This document shows positions 61,301-64,000 of a stretch of DNA of 64,000 nt, in pieces; the stretch's first letter is position 1, and each line of letters begins with the position of its first letter. Both the position numbers and the translations under genes were made by a program. The DNA lies in assembly GCA_036229005.1 (NCBI GenBank), contig JAZAMN010000050.1, positions 42,998 to 106,997 of the forward strand, given 5' to 3'. Source of the DNA: Myxococcota bacterium. GTDB taxonomy: Bacteria; Myxococcota_A; UBA796; CAJQPC01. The notes under the pieces are model-generated. The model had not been told where the DNA came from, made no database searches, and worked only from the letters and a program-made list of their open reading frames with translations.

Positions 61301-62198
61301 CCACGCCGTCGGCGGGGGACTCGGGGGCGCCGCCGTAGGTGCTGGGCTCGGTGTCGTCACAGTCCGCGCCCGAGGCGACGCCCGTGGGCGGGGAGCTGTC
61401 GCCATAGCCGTCGCCATCCACGTCCTGCATGCAGGCCACGTCCGACTCGTTCTCTGCGGCGCCGGGGAAGGCCTGGGCCTCTCCGTCGTTGCAGTCCTGG
61501 CTGTCGGTGACGTGGTCGCTGGGTTGCTCACAGGCCACCAGCAGGCTGGCGGGATCCCCGAAGCCGTCGCCGTCCCGGTCGGCGTAGTAGGGGTCTCCGT
61601 CGATCGCGTCCAGGTCGACGCTGCCGTCGCAGTCGTTGTCGACGCCGTCGCAGACCTCGTCCCCGTTGGGGTTGACCTGAGGGTCGCTGTCCAGGCAGTC
61701 CCCGGGGTCCGCGGTCCAGGTCGTGTCGGGTGGCTCGCAGGCCAGGGTCAGGGTGTCGTCTGCGCCGAAGCCGTCGCCGTCTGCGTCCTCGTACCAGCTC
61801 AGGGCGTCGCTGGCGTCCTGGTCGATGCTGCCGTCGCAGTCGTTGTCCAGGCCGTCGCACACCTCGACCCCGCCGGGGAGGGCGGCGGCGCTGCTGTCGT
61901 CGCAGTCGCTGTTGTCGAGGCTGTAGCCCTCGCCCAGGGCGCAGTCTTCGATGCCGGGGTCGCTGGCGTCGCCGAAGCCATCACCGTCGCTGTCCACGTA
62001 GAAGGTGGACAGGCCGTCCTCATCGATCTGACCGTCACAGTCGTTGTCGATGCCGTCGCAGATCTCCTCTGCGCCGGGGTAGATGTTCGGGTCCTGGTCG
62101 TCGCAGTCCTCGTCCGCGAAGAGACCATCCTGGTCCAGGTCGGCGAGGACCTCCGTGGGCAAGGGCGAGAGGCATGCACTGAGGAGGAGAAGGAACAT
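58350..62198 (-). CDS. Surface lipoprotein with MopE-type (putative metal-binding) repeats and a C-terminal FG-GAP beta-propeller
   Basis: Lipobox MFLLLLSAC. Many DCDD...YPGAxExCDGIDNDCDG and YxDxDGDGFG units, then repeated GDxxGDGxDDLxxGA...GxAYxF units. Confidence 0.9.
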   Translation of the reverse strand: MFLLLLSACLSPLPTEVLADLDQDGLFADEDCDDQDPNIYPGAEEICDGIDNDCDGQIDEDGLSTFYVDSDGDGFGDASDPGIEDCALGEGYSLDNSDCDDSSAAALPGGVEVCDGLDNDCDGSIDQDASDALSWYEDADGDGFGADDTLTLACEPPDTTWTADPGDCLDSDPQVNPNGDEVCDGVDNDCDGSVDLDAIDGDPYYADRDGDGFGDPASLLVACEQPSDHVTDSQDCNDGEAQAFPGAAENESDVACMQDVDGDGYGDSSPPTGVASGADCDDTEPSTYGGAPESPADGVDSDCDGEEVCYRDDDADGFGGALTAGSTDLTCSGSNLATTNDDCDDRSALTFPGAAPNDSTTACMADLDGDDWGDSGATTPISAGTDCNDDDAAIYPGASETTADGIDQDCSGGDTCYVDSDGDDFGSTSTVVSSDLDCSDSGEADNADDCNDGDDEINPDASEAIANGSDDDCDGYELCYDDADGDGYAGEDSTTTSSDSDCSDSGEFSVAEDCDDSDATAYPGASETTADGIDQDCDGGDTCYVDSDGDDFGSTSTVASSDLDCSDSGEADNSDDCNDGDKDINPDEAEIVGDGTDQDCDGGETCYADVDLDGYGGTATLSSADTDCSDAGEDSSSDDCDDSDATVYPGASETTADGIDQDCDGGDTCYLDSDGDGYGSTSTKSSSDLDCTDGKESTVNTDCDDGDSGINPGASEVPANGSDDDCDTYELCYADSDGDGFAGETSTVSSADTDCTDSGEFEDADDCDDADANTYPGAAYNEDSKECMTDADGDGYGSDSVSGSVSIGSDCDDGDSSVSPGETEICNDGIDNDCSGDWDECVLDGSYDVSSGDVVLDSSSNNMWFGNAMTAGDFDNDGTTDLVVAAMDYDAGSNYDSGAAFLFNGPITADATVSGDEDVRLRSRTDNSYFGWSLASGDLDGDGIDDLVVGAYDGPNGGLGTGDGAAYLYLGPITADLDAADDGTNADWWALGRGSDRMGRVFTVADLDNDGQDDLVASEYRGDTNGTDSGSAFIFNGPLTSYSTSGASDDVELYGEGGSDNFGLGSAAGDLNGDGVDDLIIGAPNRDSYKGEAYVFLGPVTSNMSGSAADYQITGSNSEGLGSAIAAADLDGDGTDDLVLGAPWRSTYTGRAYIISSGDLSNGSVGGQYSTRIAGTSNYTYAGQTLASACDVNGDGSHDLLLGAPEDGGEGAAYLFHGDLATGNLDVDDADASFAGDGDDEASYSLLCGPDLNDDGTDDLAVGSPFDGSDAGEVGLFFGGAE
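60188..61020. repeat. Intragenic higher-order tandem repeat (about 380-bp period) within the MopE-repeat gene
   Basis: Near-identical TCCTGGTCGATGCCGTCGGCCGTGGTCTC blocks at about 60213, 60592 and 60973, each encoding YPGASETTADGIDQDC. Confidence 0.8.
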
Positions 62199-62222
62199 TC
62201 CGCGAGTGTAGCGCGGATTGTC

Positions 62223-62777
62223 TTACACCTGAATGACGCCCTTGATGTCGGGGAACTCCTCGACCAGCAAGCGCTCGATGCCGAAGGCCAGGGTCGCGGT
62301 GGAGCTGGGGCAGGAGCTGCAGGCACCGATGAGCCGGACCTGCACGACCTTGTCGTCGGTCAACCCCACGAACTGGCAGTCGCCGCCGTCCTGGGCCAGT
62401 GCCGGGCGGACCTCGTCGTCGATCAGCTCGATGATCTGGCGGGCCATCTCGGAGGTGGTGTCCAGGGAGCTGAGCTCGGGCTGGTCGGAGACCGCCTCCT
62501 CGCCGCTCTCCAGGTGTGCGCGCAGGGCGGCCTTGATCTCGGGGACCAGGTCGTGCCAGGGCTGCGCGCCGGCCTTGTTGATGGTCACAAAGCGGCTGGT
62601 CACCAGGACCTGCTGGACCCCACTGACCGCGAACAGGCGCTTGGGCAGCGCGCTGTCTCCGGCCGTCTCGGGGGCGTTGAACTCGAAGGTTCCCCGCGTC
62701 ACCAGGGGCTCCTCCACCTTGAACATCATGGCGTCGGGGTTGGGAGTGGGCAGGGTGTCGATGCGCACGGGGGGCAT
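62223..62777 (-). CDS. NifU/Nfu1-type Fe-S cluster carrier protein
   Basis: PTPNPDAMMF (Nfu_N domain), VRPALAQDGGD and GACSSCPSS. AGGAG SD. Confidence 0.92.
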   Translation of the reverse strand: MPPVRIDTLPTPNPDAMMFKVEEPLVTRGTFEFNAPETAGDSALPKRLFAVSGVQQVLVTSRFVTINKAGAQPWHDLVPEIKAALRAHLESGEEAVSDQPELSSLDTTSEMARQIIELIDDEVRPALAQDGGDCQFVGLTDDKVVQVRLIGACSSCPSSTATLAFGIERLLVEEFPDIKGVIQV

Positions 62778-62870
62778 GAGGGGGCTCCTGGGGGCGGCCG
62801 TTCTAAGGGGCGAGATAGGCACCCGCCAGCGGGGGACAAGCAGCCGCCTGCAGAGGGGTTAGGGGAGCAG

Positions 62871-63800
62871 ATGCCAAGCGTTGTGCAGCTCCGCGGCGGA
62901 CACGTCGACAGCGTCCATCCCTTCACCGCAGTCTGGGTGGGGCCCAAGGGCCTGCGTCGCTGGGGGGAGCCCTTCCGCACGCCCTTCCGCAGCGCCGCCA
63001 AGCCCATCCAGCTCCGGGCCTCGCTCCACGCCCTGGGGGATCCCGAGCTGCCCCTGAGCTGGCTCGCGCTGGGAACGGCCAGCCACTCCGCGGAGCCGGA
63101 GCACATACGGATCGTCCAGGAGATCCTGGCGCACTTTGGCCTGGAGGACGGCGATCTGCTCTGTGGCCCCCACGCTCCGATGCACGCGCCCAGTCACCAC
63201 GCGCTGATTCAGGCGGGCGCCCCCCTCCAGAACCTCCACAACAACTGCTCCGGCAAGCACGCATTCATGGCGGCCGCCTGCAAGGCCCAGGGCTGGGACC
63301 CGGAGTACCGGGACGCCGGGCACCCCCTGCAGCGAGACATCCGCGAGCGCGTCGCCCAGTGCGGCACCCGACCCGAGCACGGCGTGGACGGCTGCGGCCT
63401 GCCAAGCTGGGTGCTCGAGGTGGGGGAGATGGCCACCCTCTGGCAGCTCATGGTCCTGGACCGGGACCCGGTGATGGGGCGGATCCGGGCGGCCCTGAGA
63501 GAGCACCCCCACCTCACCAGCGGGACGGGTCGCCTGGACGAGCTGGTCATGGCGGGTGCAGACGAGGCCATGCTGGTGAAGATCGGCGCCCAGGCGCTGT
63601 TCCTGATGGGTTTCCCCCGGCGCCGCGGCGCGCTGGCGGTCAAGGTGCACAGCGGAGTGGTCGACGCGCTCGGTCCCGCGGTACAGGCCAGCCTGGCGCG
63701 CATGGTTCCGGGCGCCTGGACGCGTCCGCCAGGCTGGAATCTGGAAGTCTTCCGCAACGCCGTGGGTCGGGTGGTGGGAAACTACGAAGTGCAGGAGTGA
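62871..63800 (+). CDS. Rhizobial-type (class 3) L-asparaginase family protein
   Basis: Motifs RSAAKP, ASHSAE, NNCSGKH, DGCG and VKIGA. Confidence 0.88.
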   Translation: MPSVVQLRGGHVDSVHPFTAVWVGPKGLRRWGEPFRTPFRSAAKPIQLRASLHALGDPELPLSWLALGTASHSAEPEHIRIVQEILAHFGLEDGDLLCGPHAPMHAPSHHALIQAGAPLQNLHNNCSGKHAFMAAACKAQGWDPEYRDAGHPLQRDIRERVAQCGTRPEHGVDGCGLPSWVLEVGEMATLWQLMVLDRDPVMGRIRAALREHPHLTSGTGRLDELVMAGADEAMLVKIGAQALFLMGFPRRRGALAVKVHSGVVDALGPAVQASLARMVPGAWTRPPGWNLEVFRNAVGRVVGNYEVQE

Positions 63801-64000
63801 GCAACCGTCTTCTTCAAGTTGTTTGAACGGCCGGCGCAGTCGGCTGCGAAAGGTAGCTTCTCATCGTGCTGTTGAGGTGGATGAGGAGCTTCCGCATGCA
63901 GGCCACGATCGCGACCTTGGCTGGCTTTCCCTTGGCGCACAAGCGCTCGTAGAGCGCGTGGAGGGGCGGGCTCTTGTGCCGGATGGCTGACAGGGCCGCC
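63800..64000 (-). mobile_element. Right end of an IS110-family insertion sequence
   Basis: After the transposase stop the minus strand reads TTGAAGAAGACGGTTGCT, ending in a CT dinucleotide that overlaps the asparaginase stop codon. Confidence 0.65.
63814..64000 (-). CDS. IS110 family transposase/recombinase, C-terminal fragment (not in the ORF track)
   Basis: Minus-strand translation AALSAIRHKSPPLHALYERLCAKGKPAKVAIVACMRKLLIHLNSTM...*. The GKPxKVAxVACMRKLL signature is typical of IS110. Confidence 0.88.
   Translation of the reverse strand, partial: AALSAIRHKSPPLHALYERLCAKGKPAKVAIVACMRKLLIHLNSTMRSYLSQPTAPAVQTT

Noticed and set aside
59700..62130. Repeats as a possible CRISPR array
   Set aside because: The repeats are in-frame coding units with synonymous variation. 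There is no constant repeat/unique spacer pattern and no cas genes.
61512..62870. N-terminal extension of the asparaginase ORF (762 aa)
   Set aside because: It overlaps the nfu and MopE genes on the opposite strand. ATG 62871 has an SD and gives a normal-sized enzyme.

Overview
Very GC-rich, gene-dense bacterial chromosome segment, most likely Myxococcota. Supporting markers are a MYXO-CTERM tail, an AgmX/PglI-type C-terminal domain, MopE-type Cys/Asp repeats, a Myxococcus-type LexA box and a probable Pfa3-type acyltransferase tail. About 52 real CDSs are present; most long ORFs in the six-frame track are antisense or off-frame shadows. Housekeeping genes include hup, mutM, an rlmN-like gene, phhB, lexA, exbBD, an EF-G paralog, carAB, yitJ, nfu and an RpoD-like sigma factor. 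There is also a DUF4175/MoxR/DUF58/BatA/DUF4159 operon preceded by two GT-C-like membrane proteins, and the 3' end of an IS110 element at the right edge. The most striking locus is 2507-7528. It encodes a GT2-TPR protein fused to a domain that closely follows the animal tyrosylprotein-sulfotransferase pattern, lying just downstream of a histidine-phosphatase/P-loop-kinase fusion. That pair is head-to-head, 21 bp apart, with a sulfatase-like lipoprotein, across a single palindromic bidirectional -10 element. Other notable signals are recurrent leaderless-type promoters, ultra-short lipoprotein signal peptides, a consensus sigma54 promoter with a phased upstream operator driving a sigma70-family gene, tandem SOS boxes, and a probable CTG-initiated phosphoesterase. 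No rRNA, tRNA or CRISPR array was seen. All family calls come from motif recognition by eye, not from database searches.
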